Shown here in pieces: positions 1 to 9,422 of a stretch of 64,000 nt of DNA. Positions within the stretch are counted from its first letter, which is position 1. Each line of letters begins with the position of its first letter. The notes under the pieces are model-generated. The model was given only the letters and a program-made list of their open reading frames with translations, made no database searches and was not told the origin of the DNA. The stretch is from an uncultured Acidobacteriota bacterium (GTDB lineage Bacteria; Acidobacteriota; Thermoanaerobaculia; UBA5066; Gp7-AA6): assembly GCA_963775725.1 (NCBI GenBank), contig CAVZKA010000002.1, forward strand, positions 1,320,242 through 1,384,241, written 5' to 3'. The position numbers and the translations under genes are program-made.

Positions 1-37
1 CCTGGAGGCGTTGCGGACGCGGGGGAGGGCTGGAAGT

Positions 38-113
38 TGGAGCCGATGACCGGACTTGAACCGGTGACCTGCGGTTTACGAAACCGCTGCTCTACCAACT
101 GAGCTACATCGGC
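38..113 (-). tRNA. tRNA-Thr(CGT)
   Basis: Reverse complement GCCGATGTAGCTCAGTTGGTAGAGCAGCGGTTTCGTAAACCGCAGGTCACCGGTTCAAGTCCGGTCATCGGCTCCA folds as a cloverleaf; anticodon CGT, encoded CCA. Confidence 0.96.
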
Positions 114-160
114 CCGGGACGCGGATCTTACGGAAAGCCGGGGTCCCGGTCAAACGGGGT

Positions 161-3100
161 TCAGTCGAACCGCACCGACACGATTTTCGAGCAGCCTGGC
201 TCTTCCATGGTGACGCCGTACATGACGTCGGCGGTCTCCATGGTGCGCTTGTTGTGCGTGATGGCGATGAACTGGGTCTCTTCCGTCATGTCGCGCAGGA
301 GCTTCGTGAAGCGGTCGATGTTGGCCTCGTCGAGGGGCGCGTCGACCTCGTCGAGGATGCAGAAGGGCGAGGGTTTGAACCGGAAGATCGCCATCAGGAG
401 CGCGATCGCCGTGAGCGCCTTCTCGCCGCCCGAGAGGAGCAGGATCGACTGGTTGCGCTTGCCCGGCGGGTGCGCGTCGATCTCGATGCCGGACTCGAGC
501 ATGTCGTTCTCGTCGAGCAGCTTCATCTCCGCTTTGCCGCCCTGGAAGAGTCGCTCGAACATCTGCTTGAAGTTCTCGTTGATCTCGCGGAACGCCTCGG
601 CGAACCGCTCGGAGGAGGTCGCGTTGATCTTGCGGATGGACTCCTGGAGCTCGGCCATCGACTTGAGCAGGTCGTCGCGCTGCGTCGTCAGGAAGACGAG
701 GCGCTCGGACATCTCCTTGTGCTCCTCGAAGGCGAGGACGTTGACCGGTCCGAGCCGCTCGAGCGAGGCCACGAGCTCCGTTACCTCGGCCTCGAGGGCG
801 ACGAGCCCCTCGGGCGTCGTGTCGGCCGGCGCCTCGAGCTGCCCGGGCTCGAGGCCGAATTCTTCGCGGGCCTGGGCGACGAGGTGCTCGAGGTCGGAGG
901 CGCCGCGGGTTGCGGTGACCTCGGCTTCGAAGCGGGCCTCGCGCGCCGCATCGAGCGTGGCGCGGTCCGCACGGGTCGAAGCTCGGCCGCCTCGACCCGG
1001 GCGGCCTTCTCCTTGGCCGCTTCGACCGCGACTCCGTGGGCCTCGGCTTTCTCTTCGCGCGCGGCGAGGTTCTGCTTCTGGCGCTCGCGCGCGTCGGTCT
1101 CCTCCTGGGCGAGCTCGGCCGCGCGGAACGTGATGCGCGCCTCTTCTTCGGTGGCCTCGGCGAGGCGGCGCTCGAGGGTCGTGCGCGTCTCGAGGAGCAT
1201 GTCGCGCGCGGCCTCCATGGCGCGCCGCCGCTCGGCGGCGACCTCGGCCTCGGTCCGGCGGTGGGAAAGCTCGTCGGAGGCGGACTGGGCGAAGGCGCGG
1301 CTCTCCGACAGCGCGGCCGAGAGCATGCCGATCCGCTGGTGGGCCGTGTCTTCCGCCCCGGCGTGCGCACGCTCCTGCTCCTCGAGGGCCCGGCGCCGCG
1401 TGTCGAGGCCCGCGGCCTCGCCGGTCAGGGCGCGATGCTCCTCGGCGAGGGTGTCCCGCTCGCGGCGCAGGCGGTCGCGCTCGGCCAGGCGCTCTTCGAG
1501 CCGCGCCGCAAACGCGCTGTGCATCGCGCGCGCTTCGCGCTCCAGCTCTCGAAGGGGAGGCAGCTCGGCTTCGCCGCGCTGGCGGCTGGACTTGAGCTCC
1601 TCGACCCGACGGTCCACGCCCTCGAGCGCGGCGCGCGCATCGGCGAGGCGGCGGCCGAGCGACTCCTGGTCGCGCCGCAGAGCGAACAGTCCGGACGCTT
1701 CGGCTGCGGGCCCGGCGACGCGCACGATCGGCCCGCGCACGACCTCGCGCCCGCGGGTGACGAAGGTGTATCCGGCGTGCCGTTCGGCCAGCGCGAGGGC
1801 GTCGGAGAGCCTCTCGACGAAGGCCGTCGGCGGCAGCGCCGCGCGCTCGGCCAGGGAGAGTCCGGCGTGGTTCTCCAGGACCGCGTCCCAGCCCATCGCC
1901 CCTTCGGGCCGATCGGTCCGGGCCTCGTGGCGCCAGTCGGCGCGTACCATGCGTGCCGCGGAGAGCGAGCGCATCGCGTCGACCGCCCGCTCCACGTCAC
2001 CGGTGGCGAGCAGCGCGTCCGTGTCGGCTCCGAGGACGAGGCCGACGGCGTCTTCCCATCCCGCGCGCGGACGGATGCGGTCCGAGAGGGCTCCGTGGGC
2101 GGACAAGCCCGCTCCCCGGATCACCCCGGCGAGCTCGTTGACGCTCGTCTCCCGCGCGCGCAGGGTTTCGGCGATCGCCGCGAGCCGGTGCTCGAGCGAG
2201 CTCGAGGATTCCCGCGCGGATTCGCGGGCGGCCTCGGCCTCGACGAGGGCGGCGGCGACGCAGAGGAGCTCCTCTTCGATCCGGGTGACGCGGGTGGTCG
2301 CTTCGGCGGCGGAGGCGGCGAGCCGGGCGGCTTCCTGCTCGGCCTCGGCCGCCTCCTTCTCGCGGCCAGCGAGCTCTTCGACGATCCTGGCCGCGGCCTG
2401 ATTCAAACGCGCGAGGGACGCCGCGACGCGCTCGGCGGCGAGGTCGACCTCGTGCCGGGCGTTGCGCGTGGCGATGCGCTCTCCGGAGGCCGAGAGGGCG
2501 TGCCCCCGTGTTTCCTCGAGCTCGCGCTCGAGCATGGCGCACGTGGCCGTCGCGTCCGAGGCCTTGCGGTCCGCCTCCTCGCGGGCGAGCGAGCGGGCGC
2601 GCGCCTCGGCGACGGCGCGTTCGAGGCGGTCTTCGAGGTCCGTCAGGTCGCTCGCCGCGCGGGCCTGTTCTGCGGAGAAGTCGCGGCCCTCGCGCTCCAG
2701 GGCGGTGCGGCGGCCGGCCAGGTCGATCGCGGCCCGGCGGTTGGCGTCGAGCATGGCGTCGTCGCGCGCGATGGAAGCCTCGAGCGAGGCCAGCACCTCG
2801 CGCAGCGCGTCGCGCTGTCCGGTGGTCTCACTGGCATCCAGGCGCGCGGTGGCGAGCGCGGCCTCGGCCCGGGCGAGCGTCGCCGCGGCCTCGGCTTCGC
2901 GGTCGCGCCGCTCGTCGCGGATGCGCTCGGCCGCCCGGAGCGCTTCGCGGAGAACGTCGCCGCGGGCGCGCATGAGCGACGCCTTGCGCAGGCGCAGGAG
3001 CTCCGACTGTTCCTTGTAGCGCGCCGCCCGCGAGGCCTGGCGCTTCAGGGACGTCACGTTGCGCTCGATCTCCGAGACGATGTCGGACAGGCGCAGCAGG

Positions 3101-3669
3101 TTGCCCCTGGTCTCCTCGAGCTTGCCTTCGGCCAGGCGCTTCTTGAGCTTGTACTTCGTGATGCCGGCGGCTTCCTCGATCAGGCGCCTGCGGTCCTGCG
3201 GCTTCGTCGAGAGGACCTGGTCGATGCGGCCCTGCTCGATGACCGAGTACGCGCGCACGCCGAGGCCCGTGCCGAGCAGCTGGTCCTGGATGTCGCGCAG
3301 GCGGACCTGCTTGTCGTTGAGAAAGTATTCGCCGTCGCCGTCGCGGTAGACGCGCCGCCCCACGCGCAGCGTTCCGTCGGCGTCGCCCTTTTCGCTGTCG
3401 CCGTTGGAGGCGGTCAGGGTCAGGATGACTTCCGCCATTCCGAGCGGGCGGCGTTTGGCGGAGCCGTTGAAGATGACGTCGTCCATCTTTTCGCCGCGCA
3501 GCACCCTGGCGCTCTGCTCGCCGAGTGCCCATGCAACGGCGTCGCTGATGTTCGATTTGCCGCACCCGTTGGGCCCGACGACGGCCGTCACGGAGCCCGG
3601 GAAGGCCAGGTCCACCTTCTCGTAGAAAGACTTGAATCCGGAGATCTCGACCCGTTTTAGTCTGAGCAT
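161..3669 (-). CDS. smc: Chromosome segregation protein SMC (one apparent frameshift near 965-1000)
   Basis: N-terminal MLRLKRVEISGFKSF with Walker A GPNGCGKSN; long coiled coils with hinge; C-terminal ORF 161-772 has LSGGEK signature and CILDEVDAPLD Walker B. Joined length about 1170 aa. Confidence 0.95.
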
Positions 3670-3704
3670 CTTCGCGGAAATGTAACAAAAGGCCCCGGGG
3701 GGCG

Positions 3705-3745
3705 CCACAAGTTATTGGGGTAGGAGGGCGGGGAGGCCCAATAAC
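3705..3745. promoter_or_regulatory. Candidate operator between divergent smc and fhs (9-bp inverted repeat; left arm within an NrdR-box-like 16-mer)
   Basis: GTTATTGGG (3711-3719) and CCCAATAAC (3737-3745), 17-nt spacer; 3705-3720 reads CCACAAGTTATTGGGG. Confidence 0.4.
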
Positions 3746-3815
3746 CGGTAGGTGGAGGGATTCCGGGATCCGGACGAGAAGGCCGCCGTTTTCACCTGCT
3801 ACCATGCGCCGGCCC

Positions 3816-5486
3816 ATGAAATCCGACATCCAGATCGCCCAGGAAGCCAGGCTGCGAACGATGGAGGATGTCGCACGCGACGTCGGCATCGAGCCGGCCG
3901 ACTTCATCCCCTACGGCCGCGACAAGGCGAAGATCTCCATCTCGGCAATCGCGCGGCGCGAGGGCAGACCCGAGGCGCCGCTGGTGCTCGTCTCCGCAAT
4001 CACGCCGACACCCGCGGGCGAGGGCAAGTCGACGACGACCGTCGGCCTCGGCCAGGCGCTCAACCGACTCGGCAAGCGCGCGATCATCGCACTGCGCGAG
4101 CCCTCGCTCGGGCCCTGCTTCGGCGTCAAGGGCGGCGCGGCGGGCGGCGGGTACTCGCAGGTCGTTCCCATGGAGGACATCAACCTCCACTTCACCGGCG
4201 ACTTTCCGGCGATCACGGCCGCACACAACCTGCTCGCCGCCATGATCGACAACCACCTGCACCACGGCAACGCGCTCGGGATCGACCAGCGCGACATCCC
4301 GTTCCGCCGCGTGCTCGACATGAACGACCGCGCGCTGCGCGACACGGTCATCGGCCTCGGCGGCAAGATCAACGGCGTGCCGCGCGAGACCGGATTCGAC
4401 ATCACCGTGGCCTCCGAGGTCATGGCGATTCTCTGCCTGGCGAGGGACCTCAAGGACCTGAAGGAGCGCTGCGGCGCGATCGTCGTGGGCTACACACGCG
4501 ACGCCGAGCCGATCCGCGCGCGGGACCTCAAGGCCCATGGCGCCATGGCGGCCCTGTTGAAGGACGCCATCCACCCGAATCTCGTCCAGACGCTCGAGGG
4601 CACGCCGGCGCTGGTGCACGGCGGTCCCTTCGCCAACATCGCGCACGGCTGCAACTCGATTCTGGCGACGAAGATCGCGATGCGCTACGGCGACATCGCG
4701 GTCACGGAGGCCGGGTTCGGCTTCGACCTCGGGGGCGAGAAGTTCCTCGACATCAAGTGCGCCTACGCCGACATCTGGCCCTCCGTCGTCGTCCTCGTCG
4801 CCACCGTGCGCGCCCTCAAGATGCACGGCGGCGCGCCCAAGGACATGCTGGCGGTCGAGGACCTCGCGGCCCTGTCGCGCGGAGTCCTGAACCTCGAGCG
4901 GCACCTCGACAACGTCCGGATCTTCGGGCTGCCGGCCGTCGTCGCCATCAACCGCTTCCCGACCGACACGCCCGCGGAGCTCGCCTTCCTCGAGAAACGC
5001 TGCACCGAGCTCGACGTCAAGGTGGCTCTCTCGGAGGTCTTCACGCGCGGCGGGGCCGGGGGAGAGGACCTCGCCCGCCTCGTGCTCGAGGAGATCGCCA
5101 CCGGCGCCGCCCGGTACCGACCGCTCTATCCCTGGGACCGGCCTCTGGCCGACAAGATCGAGATCATCGCCCGCCGTCTCTACGGAGCCGGGGGCGTCTC
5201 CTTCTCGAAGGAGGCCGAGAATCGCCTGGCCCGGTACGAGAAACAGGGGTTCGGCAACCTGCCGATCGTCATCGCCAAGACACCGTACTCTTTTTCGGAC
5301 GATCCGAAGAAGGGCGGGCGGCCCTCGGGTTTCACGCTGCACGTCGACAAGACGCGCCTGTTCGCGGGGGCCGGGTTCGTCGTCGCGATTTGCGGAGACA
5401 TCATGACGATGCCAGGACTTCCCAAGAAGCCCGCCGCCGAAACGATCGACGTGGACGACGACGGCCGCGTATCGGGCCTTTTCTGA
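3816..5486 (+). CDS. fhs: Formate--tetrahydrofolate ligase
   Basis: MKSDIQIAQ start; TPAGEGKSTTT, KGGAAGGGYSQVVPMEDINLHFTGD, HGGPFANIAHGCNS, IMTMPGLP motifs. Confidence 0.97.
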   Translation: MKSDIQIAQEARLRTMEDVARDVGIEPADFIPYGRDKAKISISAIARREGRPEAPLVLVSAITPTPAGEGKSTTTVGLGQALNRLGKRAIIALREPSLGPCFGVKGGAAGGGYSQVVPMEDINLHFTGDFPAITAAHNLLAAMIDNHLHHGNALGIDQRDIPFRRVLDMNDRALRDTVIGLGGKINGVPRETGFDITVASEVMAILCLARDLKDLKERCGAIVVGYTRDAEPIRARDLKAHGAMAALLKDAIHPNLVQTLEGTPALVHGGPFANIAHGCNSILATKIAMRYGDIAVTEAGFGFDLGGEKFLDIKCAYADIWPSVVVLVATVRALKMHGGAPKDMLAVEDLAALSRGVLNLERHLDNVRIFGLPAVVAINRFPTDTPAELAFLEKRCTELDVKVALSEVFTRGGAGGEDLARLVLEEIATGAARYRPLYPWDRPLADKIEIIARRLYGAGGVSFSKEAENRLARYEKQGFGNLPIVIAKTPYSFSDDPKKGGRPSGFTLHVDKTRLFAGAGFVVAICGDIMTMPGLPKKPAAETIDVDDDGRVSGLF

Positions 5487-5598
5487 CAACTCAAGTCTTC
5501 GTACAAATGACCGGAGGTATGTGCATGAACCCTCGACATGTATTGCACGCTCCGGATGAAAGTGTGTAAGGTGGGGTTGCTTTAGGAGACCTCCAGTC

Positions 5599-6699
5599 AT
5601 GTTGACCCTCGAAGTCCGTCGGCGGCCGGGTACGGGTGCGGAGATGCATCGGATCACGGGTCCGAGCGCGACCGTCGGCGCCTCCTCGGGCAACGAAATT
5701 GTCGTGCGCGCGCGCGGCGTCTACGGGCGGCACCTGCGCCTGCTCGAGCGCGACGGCGCGTATCACCTCGACCTCTTCCGCGGCATCGGCGCCGTGCAGT
5801 TGAACGGCCGCGAGTTCTCCGGCGGCGCGATTGCGCCGGGCGACCGCATCACGATCGGCGAAGCGACGATCACGGTCGTGGACGCGGCCCCCGCGATGCG
5901 GCCCACGCCCGTCGGCGAGATGCCCGAGGGCGACCTCGCCGCGCCGCCCCCGGCGTCGGCCTCGCCCGCGCCGCAGCTGCCGGCGACGGAGGTGGAGTAC
6001 CGGGGCCTGCGCAGCAGCGCCTACCGGATCTGTCGCCAGGCCCGCTCGGCCGAGGATCTCGCGACGGAGCTGACGGATTTTCTGGACCGCGAGCTGCCGC
6101 CGTCGGAGTGGGCGGTCGGCGAATTCTCCGCGATCGCCGGATTCCGGCCCCTCGCCTCGACCTTCCGGGAGAACCCCGCCCTGCCGCCGCGGATGGTGCA
6201 GGACATTCGCTCCGGTGAGCGCCTCGCGCGCTCCGAGAGCGTCACCGGCGTGTTGACGCTCGTCGTCGAGCCTCCCGCCGAGGGCGGCGGTTGCGCCGGC
6301 ATCCTCGTCCGCGAGACCCCGCGACTTGCGGCGCGCGCGGTGCTCTTCCTCGAGGAGCTCGTCCAGGTCGCCGGCGTGGCGTTCGCGAGCGCGGTGGCGG
6401 TTGCCGAAGAGGGCGCGCCCCCGGTCCGGCAGACCCAGGAAGTGCCGGTCAGTCCGCCCCTCTCGCCGGTCGAGGCGAGCCCCGCCGAAATCGTCCTGCG
6501 GTCGACCGACGACCTGAAGAAGATCGTCGAGACGGTCGAGCGCGAGGTCATCGACCGCGCCATGCGCCGGGTCGAGGGCAATCAGAGCCGCGGCGCGCAG
6601 ATCCTGAACATCTCGCGCGGCTCGCTGATCGCCAAGCTGAAGGAGTTCGGCGTGCCGGACTACCGCTACATGCGCCGCGAGCGGGGACGCCGGGGCTAG
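5599..6699 (+). CDS. FHA-like domain + Fis-type HTH (HTH_8) protein without an AAA+ domain
   Basis: N-terminal FHA-like segment (TVGASSGNEIVV...GRH...NG...GDRITIG); C-terminal EREVIDRAMRRVEGNQSRGAQILNISRGSL; no Walker A or GAFTGA; GGAG RBS upstream. Confidence 0.7.
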   Translation: MLTLEVRRRPGTGAEMHRITGPSATVGASSGNEIVVRARGVYGRHLRLLERDGAYHLDLFRGIGAVQLNGREFSGGAIAPGDRITIGEATITVVDAAPAMRPTPVGEMPEGDLAAPPPASASPAPQLPATEVEYRGLRSSAYRICRQARSAEDLATELTDFLDRELPPSEWAVGEFSAIAGFRPLASTFRENPALPPRMVQDIRSGERLARSESVTGVLTLVVEPPAEGGGCAGILVRETPRLAARAVLFLEELVQVAGVAFASAVAVAEEGAPPVRQTQEVPVSPPLSPVEASPAEIVLRSTDDLKKIVETVEREVIDRAMRRVEGNQSRGAQILNISRGSLIAKLKEFGVPDYRYMRRERGRRG

Positions 6700-7302
6700 C
6701 TAGTCGCTCCGCGTCCGCCGCCGGGAGTCGATCTCCGGCCGGACCAGCATCCACCACAGCACGAACGGCGCGGCGAAGCGGCCGGCGATCTGGTAGAAGT
6801 GGAATCCTGCCGCCCAGAAGTTGCTCGCGTAGGTCCCGTAGTGCGCCTCGCTCCAGGGCCCCAGGCGCGTGGCGTAGACCGACTCGACCTGGAAGACCAG
6901 CGCGAGCACGTGGATCCCCCAGAGAGCGGCGGCCGCCAGCCAGAAGCGCAGAAAGCGCCGGGGCTCGAGGGGACGCGGGACGAAGGCGAAGAGCGCGGCG
7001 AGCAGGACGAAGTTGAAGTGGATGTCCGCGGCCGGCAGCCCCGGCCGGGGCGAGGCGGGCGGAAAGTCGGACCGGTCGACGCGGATCTCGCCGCCGACGG
7101 CCGAGAGCGACGTGACGGCAGGGCTCTCGAAGGATCGGATCAGGAAGCCCGCGGCCGCCGCGAGCGTCTTCTCGTAGGGCCCGGCGAAGGCGAACCAGAA
7201 CGCGAGTCCGGCCGCAAACCCCGCGGCCATGCGCGCCGCCGCGCGCCCGTCGAGCCGGAGCCGTGTGCCGGCCGGCGGCTCAGCGGCGTTCGGACGGACC
7301 AT
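6700..7302 (-). CDS. Exosortase-associated multi-pass membrane protein
   Basis: MVRPNAAEPP... with several hydrophobic helices (AGLAFWFAFAG, DIHFNFVLLAALFAF, FAAPFVLWWMLV); start overlaps the exosortase 3' end by 23 nt. Confidence 0.6.
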   Translation of the reverse strand: MVRPNAAEPPAGTRLRLDGRAAARMAAGFAAGLAFWFAFAGPYEKTLAAAAGFLIRSFESPAVTSLSAVGGEIRVDRSDFPPASPRPGLPAADIHFNFVLLAALFAFVPRPLEPRRFLRFWLAAAALWGIHVLALVFQVESVYATRLGPWSEAHYGTYASNFWAAGFHFYQIAGRFAAPFVLWWMLVRPEIDSRRRTRSD

Positions 7303-7838
7303 GCGCTCCGACCGCCGCGGCGGCCCGCGTCCGCTGCTCGCGCGACGCCCAGAAAAGGAAGAGGAGCACGCTGAAGAGCACGACCACCGACTGCCAGATG
7401 ACCGTGTGCGAAGAGGAGAAGAGCGCCGGCCGGTGCGCGCCGATCCAGAAGAGCGAGACGACGCGCACGAGGTTGCAGCAGCTGGATCGCGGCGAACCCG
7501 GCGGCCAGACCGAGGATCCGCCGCCGCCACGGGCGCGGGGAAGGCGAGGACGGCGGCCCGAAGAGCAGCGCGGCCTCGACCCCGTTGCAGCCGTTCTCGA
7601 TGTTGACAGAGAAGGCCCCGGAGCGGATCTCGGTGCCCGCGACCGAGACCTTCTCGCCGATCACCGACAGGAGCGCCGCCGAGACGCGCGCCACGCCGGC
7701 CGTGAACGGCACGATCACCGCGTCGTTGACGGGCCGCGAGGCGACGACCACGTAGAAGACGACGAGCAGCGCCACGAAGCGCAGGAGGAAGAAGGCGGAA
7801 CGGCGGTTGGACGAGGCCCGGGTCACGTTTTCGCTCAT
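7280..7838 (-). CDS. xrtH: Exosortase H-like (XrtH) membrane cysteine transpeptidase (two apparent indels near 7475 and 7555)
   Basis: Reconstructed FLLRFVALL...FSVNIENGCNGVEAALLF...AVLAFPAPW...NLVRVVSLFWIG...SHTVIWQ contains the Cys, Arg and His of exosortase/archaeosortase; about 185 aa. Confidence 0.8.
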
Positions 7839-8302
7839 CGCGGCGCATTATCCAGCGATTCCTGGTGCGCGAGGATTGCGCCGCACAGGTCGCGCAGGCC
7901 GGAGGGCAGCGTCAGCAGCAGCTCGCCCTGCGCGTTCAGGACCACCTGCTCCGTGACGGCGGAGGCGAGGAGGTTGCCGGCTTCGCTGCGGATCTCGTAG
8001 TCCATGACGAAGCGCGCGACATCCGGCGGGCGCAGCCGCGCGGTGACGCGCAGCGTCTGGCCCGGCGTCGCCGGCGCCCGGTACCTGAGCTCCATGCGCG
8101 TGATCGGCACCTTGTAGCCCATGGCCAGGGCGCGCGCCGCCGTGAAGCCGAAGCGCGCGGTCAGGGCCTCGCGGGCCTGCTCGAGGTAGAGCGCGTAGTG
8201 GCCGTGCCACACGACGCCGTAGGGGTCGCACTCCGCGAAGCGGACCGGGATCTCGAGGGTGGAGCCGCGCAGCGGGTCGGCCCGGCGCACCGACGCGGTC
8301 AC
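7835..8302 (-). CDS. Hot-dog fold acyl-CoA/ACP thioesterase (YbgC/4HBT-like)
   Basis: VRFAECDPYGVVWHGHYALYLEQARE motif, RYRAPA; GTG start overlaps upstream stop (GTGA). Confidence 0.85.
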   Translation of the reverse strand: MTASVRRADPLRGSTLEIPVRFAECDPYGVVWHGHYALYLEQAREALTARFGFTAARALAMGYKVPITRMELRYRAPATPGQTLRVTARLRPPDVARFVMDYEIRSEAGNLLASAVTEQVVLNAQGELLLTLPSGLRDLCGAILAHQESLDNAPR

Positions 8303-9418
8303 GCCGCCGCCTCGAGGACCGCGGCGAGGAAGTTGCCGCCGGCGCCGAAGGAGTTGACGAGGGCGCGCCGGGGAGCGCCGTTGCCCGCCGCGAGGGCGCG
8401 CCCGGCGGCGGCGACGATCTGCGCACCGCCGGCGGCGGCCATTTCGCCGATCGCGTCCTTGACCGCGAGCTCGGCGCGCGGAGCGACTCGCCGAAGATCG
8501 ACCGCATGACGTCCGCCTCCGCGCGGTCCATCTCCTCGACGCCGTCGCGCGAGGAAAGCCAGAGACCGATGTCTTCGGGCTTGACGCCCGCGTCGTCGAG
8601 GGCGCCGCGGATGGCCCGTCCGATGGCGGCCGAGTCCGGGGCGAAGCGGTACGGCTCGGACGCGACGCCGGCCATCGCGATCCCGGACGAGGCGCGCGAG
8701 CGCCTTCGCGCCCCGGTCCCGCGCGCACTCCTCCTGCTCGAGCAGGACGACGAACGCGCCCTCTCCCTGCACGATCCCGGAGGCGCTCTTTTCGCCGCGC
8801 AACGCCCCGACCCGGTCGAAGCCCATCGCGTAGAAGAAATTCCACTCGTCCACGGCTCCCGCGAGCATCGCCTTCGCGCGGCCCGAGCGAGAGGGCGAGC
8901 GCGGAGTAGAGCAGGGCATTCAGGGCGGAGGGGTCCTTCTGCGTGATGGTCACATTGGGCCCGAAGATCTTGAGCTCGATCGAGATCTGCGAGGCGGGCG
9001 CGTTGGCGACGGTGTTCGGGAAGTGAAACGGGGGCGCGGCTTCCGGCGACTCGAGGAAGAGCACGCGCAGGAACTCGGTGAGCGCGCCCGCGCCGGCGGA
9101 GCCCGTGCCCATCGCGATGCCGATCGCCTCGGGCGCCTCGGCGATCCGGTACCCTGCCTCCGCAACGGCCTGCATGCACGCGATGAGGGCGAACTGGCTG
9201 CCGCGGTCGAGGCGGCGCGCCTTCATCGCCGGGATCTCGGGCTGCGGCGTGAAGCCCTCGTAGCGCGCGGCGTGCGTGGCCTGCAGGTCCTTGCGCTCCT
9301 CGGGCGGGAGCGGCCGGACGGCGCAGTCGCCCGCCGTCAGGCGCGCGAAGAACTCGGGCGCGCTGCGGCCGAGGGGAGAGACCGCGCCGGTTCCGGTGAC
9401 GAGCCCGCGTGAGGCCAC
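8299..9418 (-). CDS. Beta-ketoacyl synthase chain-length-factor-like subunit (several apparent indels)
   Basis: Thiolase-fold KS pieces: GLVTGTGAVSPLG, FPNTVANAPASQISI, GEGAFVVLLE, LVNSFGAGGN. The active-site Cys region reads ITQKDPS and the His-His dyad is absent. Confidence 0.75.
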
Positions 9419-9422
9419 CGGC

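Noticed and set aside
3746-3815. THF or ZTP riboswitch upstream of fhs
   Set aside because: The apparent -10 (TACCAT) is only 10 nt before the ATG, leaving no room for an aptamer; no consensus recognised.
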